Source of the DNA: Minisyncoccia bacterium
GTDB lineage: Bacteria; Patescibacteriota; Minisyncoccia; Phycocordibacterales; Phycocordibacteraceae
Assembly: GCA_049305795.1 (NCBI GenBank)
Contig: JBAQPM010000005.1
Location: 1 to 57,519 of the forward strand
Direction of reading: 5' to 3'
DNA: 57,519 nucleotides
Below, in pieces: positions 1 through 9,801 of this stretch. Both the position numbers and the translations under genes were made by a program. How positions within the stretch are numbered: the first letter of the stretch is position 1; each line of letters opens with the position of its first letter. Below the pieces are notes generated by a model. The model was given only the letters and a program-made list of their open reading frames with translations, was not told where the DNA came from and searched no databases.

Positions 1-12
1 CATATAGACAGT

Positions 13-47
13 AAAAAGCACTGCGCCCCTAGGGCGCAGTGCTTTTT
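13..47. terminator. Bidirectional intrinsic terminator downstream of the dsbA-like gene
   Basis: Perfect 10-bp stem gcactgcgcc (18-27) / ggcgcagtgc (33-42), flanked by an A5 run (13-17) and a T5 run (43-47). Confidence 0.75.
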
Positions 48-61
48 ATACCTTTCTCTTC

Positions 62-784
62 TTACTTACCTCCCGCGTTTACTTCCGCCGCAACGGCGTT
101 GTAGAAATCATTCGGATAAAGGTTCGAAAGAAGTTTGGTGCCAACAATAGCTGCTGGTGTACCGTTTATTCCCATCGAAGCCCCCTCGTCACGATCTGCC
201 TTTATAAGCACTAGGTACGCATCGCGTTTTTGATTCATGAGTGCTGTGACTTTATCAACGTCAACTCCAGGAACGGCCTTGGTGAGGGTTTGAATGGAGG
301 GCAAATCACCAAATCCCTGGTCACCCTCGTCGTCTTGCGCCGTGAACATAGCCTGGTGCCAAGTGTAAAATTGCTCAGGATAGAGTTCCCACATAGCGCG
401 ACCAAAGAGTGCGGCTGTAGTGGAATCTTCTCCGAGAAACTGGAAGTCTTTAAAGACGATCTTGAGCTTTCCAGTCTTTACGAAGTTTTCATAAAGCTGT
501 GTCGTCACCGCCTGGTCAAACTGTTTGCAGAAAGGACACTGGTAATCAAAATAGAAGGCCATCGTGACTGGCGCATTTGCGTCTCCGACAAATGGCTCTC
601 CCTCTACCTTCACCTTGCTAATATCGGCAGTGCCGCCAGTTGTGTCTGGATTTGCGGCGCTCGGATTCTTGATTGCTCCTTGGCCAAAAGCAAAGGCAAG
701 AGCAATAATAACTGCACCGAGAACGATTGCGATTGGCGTGAGATATCGTTCAAAAAGACCGCCCGAATTTCCATTGGTATCCAT
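62..784 (-). CDS. DsbA-family thiol:disulfide oxidoreductase, membrane-anchored
   Basis: N-terminal TM helix (LTPIAIVLGAVIIALAFAFG) and thioredoxin-fold CxxC motif (FYFDYQCPFCKQF). The tracked ORF runs to 799 (TTG); I place the start at the ATG at 784. Confidence 0.8.
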   Translation of the reverse strand: MDTNGNSGGLFERYLTPIAIVLGAVIIALAFAFGQGAIKNPSAANPDTTGGTADISKVKVEGEPFVGDANAPVTMAFYFDYQCPFCKQFDQAVTTQLYENFVKTGKLKIVFKDFQFLGEDSTTAALFGRAMWELYPEQFYTWHQAMFTAQDDEGDQGFGDLPSIQTLTKAVPGVDVDKVTALMNQKRDAYLVLIKADRDEGASMGINGTPAAIVGTKLLSNLYPNDFYNAVAAEVNAGGK

Positions 785-824
785 ATACGTGACTAACAAT
801 TAGCAATGCTTTTAAGCATACCAC

Positions 825-858
825 ATGCAAAAATCCGGCAAGAGCCGGATTTTTGCAT
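825..858 (-). terminator. Intrinsic terminator after the DEAD-box helicase gene
   Basis: Perfect inverted repeat atgcaaaaatccggc (825-839) / gccggatttttgcat (844-858). On the minus strand the GC core is followed by a T run. Confidence 0.75.
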
Positions 859-875
859 TCCACGCTGAAGAGATG

Positions 876-2189
876 TTACCCAATAAACGTAAGGGCTTTC
901 CCTGCAGCACCTCCGCGACCAGTGCGACCGATACGGTGTACGTAATCGTCATAGGTGTTTGGAAGATCAAAGTTGATCACATGCGACACGCCTGAAATAT
1001 CAAGTCCGCGCGCAGCAACGTCAGTCGCTACAAGCACCTGCATGTGATCCTGCTTGAAGAGCGTGAGCGCTTTCAAACGACGGCTGTGCGTTTTGTTGCC
1101 GTGAATAGCTTCGGCACGAATGCCGCGACGAAGAAGGTCGTTTGCAAGTCGCTCGACGCCGTGTTTCGTGCGTCCGAAAACAAGCACTTTTGAAAAATCA
1201 GGGCCGGCAAGCATTTTGACAAGAAGTTCGAATTTCGATTCTCCGGAGCCAACGCGTACCACATCCTGGTCAATCGTTGCCGCAGTGTCGCGTGTCTTCA
1301 CCGACACACGAACCGGGTCTTTAAGAAATTCACCGATCAATTTCTCGATTTCGCGCGAGAGTGTCGCCGAGAAAAAGAGCGTGTGAAGCTGCTTAGGCAT
1401 TTTCGCGAGAATAAAGCGCATGTCAGCAATGAATCCCATGTCGAGCATGCGATCAGCCTCGTCGAGCACGACGGTGTCAAATTGAGAAACGTCGAGCACT
1501 CGGCGCTCCATAAGGTCTTTAAGACGTCCTGGAGTTCCAATAACAAAGGCTGGTTTGCGACGAAGCATAGCTACCTGGGCTTGGATACCGGCACCACCCA
1601 CACAAAGCGCCGCTTCGATGGAAAGGGCGCGGGCAAAACCTCGGAACTCGTCTTTGATTTGCACGGCGAGTTCACGCGTAGGAACCATAATAAGCACGCG
1701 CGTTTCCGGATTGGTGAATGCACGACTTACAAGCGGAATAAGAAAGGCTCCCGTTTTTCCGGTGCCCGTGTTTGCAAGTCCTACAATGTCTTTACCTGCC
1801 AGCACATGAGGAATGGCCTGGTCTTGAATAGGTGTTGGTGTGACATATCCCTTTTCCGAAAGGTTTTTCTGAATACGCTCGTTAAGAGGAAAATCAAGAA
1901 ACTGGTGCGTTGGTACAAAGACCTCCACATCAGCAACCGGAGTTCCTTTGTTTATAAAGCGAGAGATATCGATGCGCTCGCCCGCAGGTCCGCGAGAGCG
2001 GCCACCTCCGCCACGATTGCCAAAACCACCAGACGATGGACGACGGTTGCCAAAAGAAGGACGACTACCTCCAAATGAAGGGCGGCCGCCTGAAGAAGGT
2101 CGTGCGCGACCCCCCGTTGAACGATGCGAAGAAGCACTGTCGCCGGAAGAAGCATTGTCCTTCCACGGCGTACGATAATACGTTGCCAT
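876..2189 (-). CDS. DEAD-box ATP-dependent RNA helicase with an N-terminal RGG/SGG-rich tail
   Basis: Motifs seen: Q-motif region TPIQDQAIP, motif I ANTGTGKT, DEAD (VLDEADRM), SAT (FSATL) and motif VI HRIGRTGRGG. The first ~75 aa are Gly/Arg/Ser low complexity. Confidence 0.92.
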   Translation of the reverse strand: MATYYRTPWKDNASSGDSASSHRSTGGRARPSSGGRPSFGGSRPSFGNRRPSSGGFGNRGGGGRSRGPAGERIDISRFINKGTPVADVEVFVPTHQFLDFPLNERIQKNLSEKGYVTPTPIQDQAIPHVLAGKDIVGLANTGTGKTGAFLIPLVSRAFTNPETRVLIMVPTRELAVQIKDEFRGFARALSIEAALCVGGAGIQAQVAMLRRKPAFVIGTPGRLKDLMERRVLDVSQFDTVVLDEADRMLDMGFIADMRFILAKMPKQLHTLFFSATLSREIEKLIGEFLKDPVRVSVKTRDTAATIDQDVVRVGSGESKFELLVKMLAGPDFSKVLVFGRTKHGVERLANDLLRRGIRAEAIHGNKTHSRRLKALTLFKQDHMQVLVATDVAARGLDISGVSHVINFDLPNTYDDYVHRIGRTGRGGAAGKALTFIG

Positions 2190-2332
2190 AATGAATTCTG
2201 TAAAAAGAGTCCGCGAGTGCGGAGCTCATGAATAAGCACAACGCGTCTTGAGAGTTTTCATCCCAAAGTAGAAAGGGACGGTCTCGAGTAATCTCTCAAG
2301 ACAACAAAATCTATAGCCGAGTTGTTCCTTTT

Positions 2333-2361
2333 AGTATAGTACGACTCGATTTATTTGTCAA
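2333..2361 (-). promoter_or_regulatory. Sigma70-type promoter for the helicase gene (TTGACA-17-TATACT), giving a ~140-nt leader
   Basis: Minus strand reads TTGACA (2361-2356), a 17-nt spacer, then TATACT (2338-2333). The leader contains a 10-bp perfect inverted repeat, gtcttgagag (2245-2254) / ctctcaagac (2293-2302). Confidence 0.6.
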
Positions 2362-2400
2362 TTAGCGCTGTGGAATAGCACTCATTGATCAGATACGGGC

Positions 2401-4188
2401 TTAACGCTTCGCTTTTGCGCGTTCGTTTTCGTTCAAAAACTGCTTGCGCATGCGAACGCTCTGGGGAGTAATTTCCAGATATTCGTCTTCTGCCATGATT
2501 TCAAGACCGCGCTCAATCGTAAGTGTAAATGGAGGGACAAGGGTGATGGCCTCGTCAGTTCCAGAGGAACGGACGTTGGACTGGTTCTTTCCTTTAGTTG
2601 GATTCACCATCATTTCCTCACCCTTTGAGGTGTTGCCTATCACCATGCCCTCATAGACTTCAGTTGCAGGAGTGATGTAAAGCACACCACGATCCTGAAG
2701 TGTCCAAAGTGAATAGCCAAGTGCTTTCCCGCTTGCCATGGAAATCATCGAGCCCACCTGACGCTTTTTGATTTCACCTGCGTATGGTTCAAATGCTACA
2801 AAGCGCGAAGAAAGAATACCCTCGCCTTTCGTATCAATAACAAACTGGTTGCGATAGCCAAGGAGTCCGCGTGTTGGGCCTTTAAGGGTAAGGCGCACAC
2901 TCTGGTCGTGCTGAGTGAGATTTTGAAGCACGAATGCACGCTGGCCGAGCCGCTCGATGATTGCTCCTTGATATTCGGAAGGGGTGTCGATAATGGCTTC
3001 CTCAAAAGGCTCCATTTTTACGCCATTCTCTTCACGGATGATGACCTGCGGCTGGGAAACTTGCATCTCGTATCCAGCGCGACGCATGTTTTCAAGCAAA
3101 ATAGCGATGTGAAGCTCGCCACGTCCTGAAACCTTGAATGATTCCGGCGAAATGAAATCAATTTTGAGACCCACGTTCACTTCAAGTTCGCGTTCAAGGT
3201 ATTCGCGAAGCTGGCGAGAAGTTACATACTTCCCTTCCTTTCCTGCAAAAGGAGAATTATTGACGAGGAAGTTAAGGGTGATCGTTGGCTCATCAATGGC
3301 AATGGCTGGAAGTGGCTCAGCGTCCTGCGAGGTTGCAATAGTTTCTCCGATGAAAATGTCCGGGAGTCCTGCAAGCATAACGATGTCACCTGCCTGGGCT
3401 TCTGCCACCTCTTTCTTTTCGATGCCTTCAAAGGTGAAAAGTTTAGTGACTTTTCCAGAGCGGGTCTCGCCGTCCGGCTTTTTCACAAACACATTCTCGC
3501 CTGGGTGCACGACACCTTCGTAAATGCGACCGATAGCAAGACGACCGAGGAAGTTGTCGTAGCCAAGGTTAAAGGGCTGGAGACGAAGAGACTTTGCGGC
3601 GAGCTCGGGAGACGAGGCAGGAGCGACTTTTTCAAGAACCATATCAAGGAGTGGGGTGAGATCTTTGCGTTCGTCTTCAAGCTTGCGCATCGCAACACCC
3701 TCGCGACCGATGGCATAAATAACCGGAAAATCTGCCTGAGCATCGTTTGCGCCAAGCTCAAGGAAAAGTTCAAGCACTTGCTCTTCGGCACGAGCTGGGT
3801 CGGCAGCAGGCTTGTCTATTTTGTTTAGCACCACAATAGGCTTCAGCCCAAGTTCCAAAGACTTTTTAAGTACGAAACGGGTCTGCGGCATAGGGCCTTC
3901 CTGCGCATCAACCACCAAAAGCACCGAGTCAATAGAGCGGAGCACGCGCTCGACCTCACTTCCGAAGTCTGCGTGTCCTGGGGTGTCGACGATGTTTATT
4001 TTCGTACCTTTATAGGTGATAGAGGTGTTTTTGGCGTAAATAGTGATACCACGCTCCTGCTCAAGCGTGTTGGAATCCATCGAAGCACCTTCGGCAGATA
4101 TGACGCCTGTCTGGCGCATGAGGGCGTCAGTAAGAGTCGTCTTTCCGTGGTCGACGTGCGCGATGATGGCTATGTTCCTAATTTCCAT
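2401..4188 (-). CDS. typA: Translational GTPase TypA/BipA
   Basis: G1 [10 protein letters not shown]3 DTPGHADF, G4 NKID. The 595-aa length and the EF-G-like domain order are typical of BipA. Confidence 0.93.
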   Translation of the reverse strand: MEIRNIAIIAHVDHGKTTLTDALMRQTGVISAEGASMDSNTLEQERGITIYAKNTSITYKGTKINIVDTPGHADFGSEVERVLRSIDSVLLVVDAQEGPMPQTRFVLKKSLELGLKPIVVLNKIDKPAADPARAEEQVLELFLELGANDAQADFPVIYAIGREGVAMRKLEDERKDLTPLLDMVLEKVAPASSPELAAKSLRLQPFNLGYDNFLGRLAIGRIYEGVVHPGENVFVKKPDGETRSGKVTKLFTFEGIEKKEVAEAQAGDIVMLAGLPDIFIGETIATSQDAEPLPAIAIDEPTITLNFLVNNSPFAGKEGKYVTSRQLREYLERELEVNVGLKIDFISPESFKVSGRGELHIAILLENMRRAGYEMQVSQPQVIIREENGVKMEPFEEAIIDTPSEYQGAIIERLGQRAFVLQNLTQHDQSVRLTLKGPTRGLLGYRNQFVIDTKGEGILSSRFVAFEPYAGEIKKRQVGSMISMASGKALGYSLWTLQDRGVLYITPATEVYEGMVIGNTSKGEEMMVNPTKGKNQSNVRSSGTDEAITLVPPFTLTIERGLEIMAEDEYLEITPQSVRMRKQFLNENERAKAKR

Positions 4189-4260
4189 AAAAAATTGGCC
4201 CGTGGGCCGTTACAGTCACAATACCTTCCACTACGTGATGCGTCAATGTTTTTCTGTACT

Positions 4261-4294
4261 AAAAGAAAGACGCCGTCGCTTACGCGACGGCGTC
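4261..4294 (-). terminator. Intrinsic terminator overlapping the stop codon of the 4280-4774 gene
   Basis: 11-bp perfect stem gacgccgtcgc (4269-4279) / gcgacggcgtc (4284-4294). It is followed on the minus strand by TTTCTTTT. Confidence 0.7.
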
Positions 4295-4774
4295 ATCTTT
4301 CAGGAGGCCCGCAAACCACTTCTTGGCGTGGTAGACCCCATTCACGTGTTCAACACGTGCATAAGGCCCCTCCGACCAACAACCGAAGGCCGCAAAGCAG
4401 CGGTTGCCAGCTTGGTCTCTCCAATGAGTCACATTGGGATACTGATCGGCGAACGAAGGGTCGAACTTGTTCGCCGCGGCGAGTGAGTACGGATCGGCGG
4501 GCAGAAGTGCCCGTGATTCATATTCCCTCTCAAGGGCCCGGTCGTTAACCACGTATCCGATCTTGAAGAAAACAATTTCGACGTACTCGCCGATACCTCG
4601 CGGCATTGCCGCGAGCACGGAATCGTCGACGTAAAGCTGGCGACCAGTTGCCTCGAGCGCTGTTCTCGGCGGCCGCGTGCGATCCACGCGTACTAGAAGA
4701 GTGAGCTGGTCTCCTTTCGGAGTATTCCATCCTTCTTTTGCAATCCTTGCGAACAAACTCACGACTCGTGTCAT
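4280..4774 (-). CDS. Hypothetical protein (164 aa), visibly GC-richer than its neighbours
   Basis: Open frame. The ATG at 4774 is preceded by GGGAGG 7 nt upstream, whereas the tracked ORF start at 4807 lacks an SD. I recognise no motif. Confidence 0.6.
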   Translation of the reverse strand: MTRVVSLFARIAKEGWNTPKGDQLTLLVRVDRTRPPRTALEATGRQLYVDDSVLAAMPRGIGEYVEIVFFKIGYVVNDRALEREYESRALLPADPYSLAAANKFDPSFADQYPNVTHWRDQAGNRCFAAFGCWSEGPYARVEHVNGVYHAKKWFAGLLKDDAVA

Positions 4775-4947
4775 GGGTTTTCCTCCCTTGTTTATTTTTT
4801 TATTCACGGAAACGCAAAGACCTACAAACTGGATTAAACAATACGGTACATTCGTATATTGTCAATGTCTTAATTTTTGAAAGTTGTTGTAATTATGTTA
4901 TAATTGGGCGGGAAATTGTTCCTGACTGCAACCACGGAGGTACTTCA

Positions 4948-6198
4948 ATGTGGGACCCTTATGCACTTTTTCAGGAAGAGATTCTTCCAAATGGGCTGCG
5001 GATCTGCGCCGCACAGTGGGAAGGTCGCTCATGGCAGCACGTGTACATACTTGTGCATAGTGGTGCGGTCCACGACCTAGATGGCCTTGAAGGAGCTGCT
5101 CATTTCATGGAGCATTTGGTCTCTGAAAATGGCAATCTACCGTTGCCAGAAATCGAAGATTTCTTTAGACCGTATGGACGTCCTGGGCTGGGCGCGACAG
5201 GCTGGGATAGCTCCTACTATAATTTTTCGGTGCCGGCAAATCAGCAAATCTTTTCCGAGGGGCTTAATATCTTCGGAAATATGCTCGTGACTGCGAAGCT
5301 CGAGAAATGTGTCGAACGAGAGCGGCAGGTCATCGTCGGCGAGTTTCGGCAAAGGTATGTGGCGGACTATGAATACGATCTCGCTGCCCGAAAACAAAGA
5401 GCGCTTTTTCATGGTCATCCCATAGGGCGCGCCACAACGCCGCTTGGGAGCTTGGAGTCGATTGCGCGCATTGCACAATCAGATCTTCAAAGTTTCTACG
5501 ACTGCCACTACACACCGAAGAATATGACTATTATCACTTGCGGTGGTCTGTCCCTTCGACAAGTGGCGCATCTGATTCAAGAGAGTCCATTCGGACTCCT
5601 CAAGAACGGAATGGCACGCCAAACTTTCACTCCTGCGACAACACACCATGTACCGAGTGAAACTCGACATGTCGTGGACCTGAAAGAATACCGTTCGGCA
5701 GACACTAGGGTAGGCGCATACTTGTCAGAAAGCGTCCTGCCAGGCATCGTGAAAAAATCTGCTGTGCAGCTTTTCAGCACCCTGCTCAGTGAAGTACTCT
5801 TCGAGGAAATCCGCCTCAAGCGCGCTTGGACGTACAGCGTGTACTCGGAGTGGCATCCTGTCTGTGGTCTGTATTCCTTTATCATCAGTGCGGAAGGTCT
5901 TGTGCCTGAAGCAATGACCTCCATCGAGGAGGTGGTGGAAAACAGTATCCTTCGGGTCACTGAGGATGATGCCACCTTCAAGAAGTACCGAGGTGCGGTA
6001 CGCGCGCAGGTGCAAATGCTCGATATCCCGGGGCACGAAGTCTCCTACAACACAATGATGGAACTTGCGGCGTTCGGAAAGATCCCGAATATCGAACGCG
6101 CATTACTGGGAATCGAAACTGTAACTCTCGACAACATGAAGGAGATCGCTTGTATGCTTGCTCCCCGGTTGAGGTACACTCAACTCTCGCTTCCCTGA
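4948..6198 (+). CDS. M16-family (insulinase/pitrilysin-like) zinc peptidase
   Basis: Inverted zinc motif HxxEH (AAHFMEHLV) near the N-terminus. The ATG at 4948 is preceded by GGAGG at 4936-4940. The upstream 70 codons of the tracked ORF look like intergenic read-through. Confidence 0.82.
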   Translation: MWDPYALFQEEILPNGLRICAAQWEGRSWQHVYILVHSGAVHDLDGLEGAAHFMEHLVSENGNLPLPEIEDFFRPYGRPGLGATGWDSSYYNFSVPANQQIFSEGLNIFGNMLVTAKLEKCVERERQVIVGEFRQRYVADYEYDLAARKQRALFHGHPIGRATTPLGSLESIARIAQSDLQSFYDCHYTPKNMTIITCGGLSLRQVAHLIQESPFGLLKNGMARQTFTPATTHHVPSETRHVVDLKEYRSADTRVGAYLSESVLPGIVKKSAVQLFSTLLSEVLFEEIRLKRAWTYSVYSEWHPVCGLYSFIISAEGLVPEAMTSIEEVVENSILRVTEDDATFKKYRGAVRAQVQMLDIPGHEVSYNTMMELAAFGKIPNIERALLGIETVTLDNMKEIACMLAPRLRYTQLSLP

Positions 6199-6210
6199 TT
6201 CGATAATTAC

Positions 6211-6244
6211 CGTGACCGGCCCACAGCCGGTCACGCTCTTTTTA
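6211..6244 (+). terminator. Intrinsic terminator after the M16 peptidase gene, between convergent genes
   Basis: Stem cgtgaccggc (6211-6220) / gccggtcacg (6226-6235), followed by ctcttttta. Confidence 0.7.
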
Positions 6245-7234
6245 TTTCAAATACCTATTCACATTCGCTACGTGGCCGCTGTAGTTTTGAGAACAATGAA
6301 TCATTCCTTTGTAGTCATGCAAATAGAAAAGGCACTTTGTCGTTTCCGGATCAAGCACCGCTGCGATAGCAGCAAGGCTCGGCTGCGCAATGGGGTGGGG
6401 CGGGATGCCCACATGCTGATACGTATTAAAAGGTGAATCGAGGTATTTATCTTCCGACTTCACTACGCCCCACCACCCATCTTCTTCATTACCTTTTACA
6501 TACTGAAGGGTGGCATCAATCTGCAGTTTCATTCCCCTGTTGAGGCGATTCCACATAATGCCTGCAATGAGTTTCATGTCAGGACCTGCCGCCTCCCGCT
6601 CAATCAAGGAGGCGATGGTCAAAACCGTCGTCCATTTTATGTTTTGCCTTGCAGCTTCTTCTGCATACGGAGAAAACATTTGTGCAAAGCGATTTCGGAG
6701 GCGATTTGCAACTTGAAACGGAGTTTCGTCTGAAGGTATGAGATAGGTGTCGGGGTAATACACTCCTTCGACATAGCTTGGCGAGGGCGCAGTGTCGATG
6801 GTAAGCCACTGCTGTTTTTGCTCTGGCGTCCACGAAAGAGTCTTGGCAAGCACTGTTGCTATTTGTTCTTTACGCCAGCCTGGTCGAATGGTGACCCACG
6901 AGAGATAGGGTTTTTCGGTAAGAGCATGCGCTACGCTCCACAGATCCATGGAAGGAGAAAGTTCGTATCCGCCCGGGCGAATGCTTTTTCCGCCAGATTC
7001 CCGCAGGTATGCAAATCGAAACACCCAAGAATTTTTTACGAGACCCGTTGAGTCAAGTCGCTCCGCAACTTCACCAAGCGAATCTTCGGGAGAAACGACA
7101 AACTCTCGTTTTTCTCCGGAAGGTTCCGCTGGTCCAAAAAGATACGCATAAAAAAGTGCGCCGCAGGTAAAGAGCAACGCTGCTGCAATACCTGTTATGA
7201 CAAGTGCTTTGAACGAAGGCCGAAAGAAATTCAT
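6242..7234 (-). CDS. mltG: Endolytic murein transglycosylase MltG (YceG family)
   Basis: N-terminal TM anchor and YceG signature block TIASLIEREAAGPDMKLIAGIMWNRLNRGMKLQIDATLQY. Confidence 0.88.
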   Translation of the reverse strand: MNFFRPSFKALVITGIAAALLFTCGALFYAYLFGPAEPSGEKREFVVSPEDSLGEVAERLDSTGLVKNSWVFRFAYLRESGGKSIRPGGYELSPSMDLWSVAHALTEKPYLSWVTIRPGWRKEQIATVLAKTLSWTPEQKQQWLTIDTAPSPSYVEGVYYPDTYLIPSDETPFQVANRLRNRFAQMFSPYAEEAARQNIKWTTVLTIASLIEREAAGPDMKLIAGIMWNRLNRGMKLQIDATLQYVKGNEEDGWWGVVKSEDKYLDSPFNTYQHVGIPPHPIAQPSLAAIAAVLDPETTKCLFYLHDYKGMIHCSQNYSGHVANVNRYLK

Positions 7235-7273
7235 TTAGAACATTCTACCGTACTCGGCGACGATACGTTTATT

Positions 7274-8392
7274 TTAGAAAGGAGGAAGGAGATGAGGAGA
7301 GATGTCACGGTCGCGGAATCTTCCCTCCCTTGAATATCCGTCGTCCCAAGAATGTTCTTCGCGATCTTCTTCATCTTTAGATTCATCAGGCTGTGGCAGG
7401 TTGAGTGCGCGTACGCCGGACAACACGGCATTAAAATCCCGAATGGCTTTTTCCGTTTCTCCAATAGAAAGCTCTGCATCCCCTTTCACGGCAAGATTTT
7501 CAAGTGCAGCAATGCGATTTCTTGTTTCTACATTTTTAGATCGTGCAGTCTGGGCAGCAGAACTCGTAGCCTCTGCAAGGGCAGCGTGCGCGCGTGCCGA
7601 AAGTCTTTCGGCACGTGAAGCGTCAAAAGTAGAATCGGATACATCTTCTGCCGTAGCGGAAAACAGCATTGGGGCCGACTTGGCAGATGTTTTAAGCATG
7701 GCAGTGTCCATGGACACTGCTGCAGTTGCGGCAATGTCGTCTTCTTCATGAGCTGCTTCTGTTTCCTCCTCGTCACTTACCACCTGCACTACGAGGTCTC
7801 CAGAAGCACGAAGGGCAACGGTATTGTTGCTTCGTTTTCCAGCGGAAAGTATGGCCGCACCTTTTGAAGCAACCGCAGAGGAGAAGTCCGTGGAAAAATC
7901 GGTCTTGCGGTCGGAATCTTTGTCGTCATCATCGCTGCGCGTGAAAGAGTTCACTGCCTTTGCATGTTCGGTGAAAGCAACAGCGAGTTTGCTACTTGTG
8001 GTCGAATCGAGTTTTCCTTTTTCGGCAAGTTTTTCTGCTTCGGTGAGGCGCTCCTCGGCAACTCCCGCATGCCATTTTGCTTTTGCTTCTTCTCCGAATG
8101 CGAGCGCGCCTTCAAGAGGTTCGGTAACCTTTGTCTTGAGCGGATAGAGCACATCACCTGGAAGTGACCCTTGTGCAGCATAGGTGGTGCCGCCTGTAAC
8201 AACGAACACAAAAAGAAGGGCAAACGTTACGGCGCGCGGAAAATGAAATACATAGGGACTACGAACGCCAGGAGTAAACACTGGGCGCTCCTCCATAACG
8301 GAAGTCAAACGGGCAAGCATGCGCGAACGCTCCGCGTCGGTAAGGCGGGTATCTTTTGCATGCGTATGAAACTGGGTATGAAAATCGTTCAT
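7274..8392 (-). CDS. Membrane-anchored DUF5667-type protein, putative anti-sigma partner of the upstream ECF sigma
   Basis: 4-nt ATGA overlap with the sigma gene. It has a short cytoplasmic N-terminus, one TM helix (AVTFALLFVFVVTGGTTYA), an LPGDVLYPLK motif and a long Ala/Glu/Asp-rich helical tail. Confidence 0.65.
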   Translation of the reverse strand: MNDFHTQFHTHAKDTRLTDAERSRMLARLTSVMEERPVFTPGVRSPYVFHFPRAVTFALLFVFVVTGGTTYAAQGSLPGDVLYPLKTKVTEPLEGALAFGEEAKAKWHAGVAEERLTEAEKLAEKGKLDSTTSSKLAVAFTEHAKAVNSFTRSDDDDKDSDRKTDFSTDFSSAVASKGAAILSAGKRSNNTVALRASGDLVVQVVSDEEETEAAHEEDDIAATAAVSMDTAMLKTSAKSAPMLFSATAEDVSDSTFDASRAERLSARAHAALAEATSSAAQTARSKNVETRNRIAALENLAVKGDAELSIGETEKAIRDFNAVLSGVRALNLPQPDESKDEEDREEHSWDDGYSREGRFRDRDISPHLLPPF

Positions 8393-8934
8393 GGTTTTTC
8401 TTCGATGAGTGTTCGCAGCGCTTTGAGTGCCCGATGAATACGCACTGACACGAGGTTTTCCGAAGCGTCAACTCGAGGCGCTATTTCCGACAATGAAAGT
8501 CCGTCAACAAAACGCAAGAGAATGACTTCAGCGTACGCATCGGGCAATTCAGAAATTCTCGCAAATGCAGCCTTAGCGTCGAGCCGCTCCGTAGCTGCTT
8601 CGAATGTGTTTGATTCATCAGATGGCAGCAGCGCATCTATGTCGCCCTCTTCCCCATCACTCTTTTCAAGCAAGGCTTCGACAGAATATGTTTTCTTTTT
8701 GCGGTATTCGTCGATGATGAGGTTACGTAGCGTTCGGTAAAGAAATGCACGCGGGTTCTGTATTTCCTCGCCTTTGCGCAAATATTCCCATGCGCGAAGG
8801 TACGCTTCCTGCACAAGCTCAACGGCTTTCTCGCGGTCAGAAAGCCTGAAATACGCGTGGCGAAAGAGTTCGTCTGAATATGTTTCAAACGCGTCGGTAA
8901 GAACTGTTTCCTTTTCTTTTCCTGAAGACGACAT
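8389..8934 (-). CDS. ECF-type RNA polymerase sigma-70 family factor
   Basis: Region 2 (FRHAYFRLSDREKAVELVQEAYLRAW) and region 4 HTH (LPDAYAEVILLRFVDGLSLSEIAPRVDASENLVSVRIHRALKALR). Confidence 0.88.
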   Translation of the reverse strand: MSSSGKEKETVLTDAFETYSDELFRHAYFRLSDREKAVELVQEAYLRAWEYLRKGEEIQNPRAFLYRTLRNLIIDEYRKKKTYSVEALLEKSDGEEGDIDALLPSDESNTFEAATERLDAKAAFARISELPDAYAEVILLRFVDGLSLSEIAPRVDASENLVSVRIHRALKALRTLIEEKP

Positions 8935-8995
8935 AGGGACTGGTTTCTTTCACTCATTCTAGCAAACGCGTGGGATCACCGCCGTATACTTCGGA

Positions 8996-9139
8996 TTATT
9001 GAAAGAAATTCACCACGTGCCAATAGGTATATTCATACGCTCTTGGAATGTCGAAGCTGAAAAAGGCGAGATAGATACCAACGACAATGAGAAAAATCAA
9101 CAAGAATTTCGAACCGCCCTTATCTCCTTTGTATTGCAT
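8996..9139 (-). CDS. Possible small membrane protein (47 aa), not in the ORF track
   Basis: My own translation: MQYKGDKGGSKFLLIFLIVVGIYLAFFSFDIPRAYEYTYWHVVNFFQ*, with one clear TM helix. TATACT lies 6 nt upstream of the ATG, the same leaderless pattern seen elsewhere in the window. Confidence 0.35.
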   Translation of the reverse strand: MQYKGDKGGSKFLLIFLIVVGIYLAFFSFDIPRAYEYTYWHVVNFFQ

Positions 9140-9156
9140 GGAGTAAGTATACCCCC

Positions 9157-9801
9157 TTACACAGGAATAGGTTTAAGAGCGATCACGAGTGTTGACGCAA
9201 TTTGGTCAATAAGCCCGTCCACGGAAAACGTCTCTCGCTCGTGTTCACAGGTAGTTTTTTGCGGCTCATCATAGTTTGCACATTGCACAAAACGCAGACT
9301 AAACGTGAATATGGCGACCGTATCATCTTTGGCAAGGGCATACGCATACTGGACATAGGTGCTCCCCGCCGCACCCTCACTCTCTGTCGTCAGACAATAC
9401 ACATGTCCATTGATAATTTTTTGTTCAGTTTTCCCCGCTCGTGCGGTCGGAGTGCCAGCTTCGGTGCACGTAAAAGAACCTTTTTCAATTGAAACCTTTG
9501 GCGGCCAGTCAACCTCGTGGAGATAGGTAGTTCCCAACTCCTTTGGATATTTGAAACTGATCTTTTGAGTTTCGTCGGTAAACAACTCCCACGCGGGAAT
9601 CTCACTTTTTGGACACTCAGCAAACTCACAATTGGGGCCAGTTCTTCCTACAGCAGACCCATCCGGACACATTTTTGCCTCCTCGGTGCACGCCACCATT
9701 TGCGGAGTGTATTGATGCGTAGTGAGATACCGATAGACTCCTATGCCTGCCACAACAAGGAGCAAGATACCGACGACGATTTTTTGATAGCTGGTGTTCA
9801 T
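9157..9801 (-). CDS. Membrane-anchored extracytoplasmic protein with a Cys motif
   Basis: N-terminal TM helix (IVVGILLLVVAGIGVY) and motif CTEEAKMCPDGSAVGRTGPNCEFAECP. 4-nt overlap with the upstream gene. Confidence 0.6.
   Translation of the reverse strand: MNTSYQKIVVGILLLVVAGIGVYRYLTTHQYTPQMVACTEEAKMCPDGSAVGRTGPNCEFAECPKSEIPAWELFTDETQKISFKYPKELGTTYLHEVDWPPKVSIEKGSFTCTEAGTPTARAGKTEQKIINGHVYCLTTESEGAAGSTYVQYAYALAKDDTVAIFTFSLRFVQCANYDEPQKTTCEHERETFSVDGLIDQIASTLVIALKPIPV

Noticed and set aside
1383-2078. 231-aa plus-strand ORF inside the DEAD-box helicase gene
   Set aside because: It is an antisense shadow ORF of a well-supported gene, with no motifs.
4738-4947. 70-codon N-terminal extension of the M16 peptidase ORF
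   Set aside because: The extension overlaps the divergent 4280-4774 gene and translates to low-quality sequence. The internal ATG at 4948 has a GGAGG site and begins the conserved domain.
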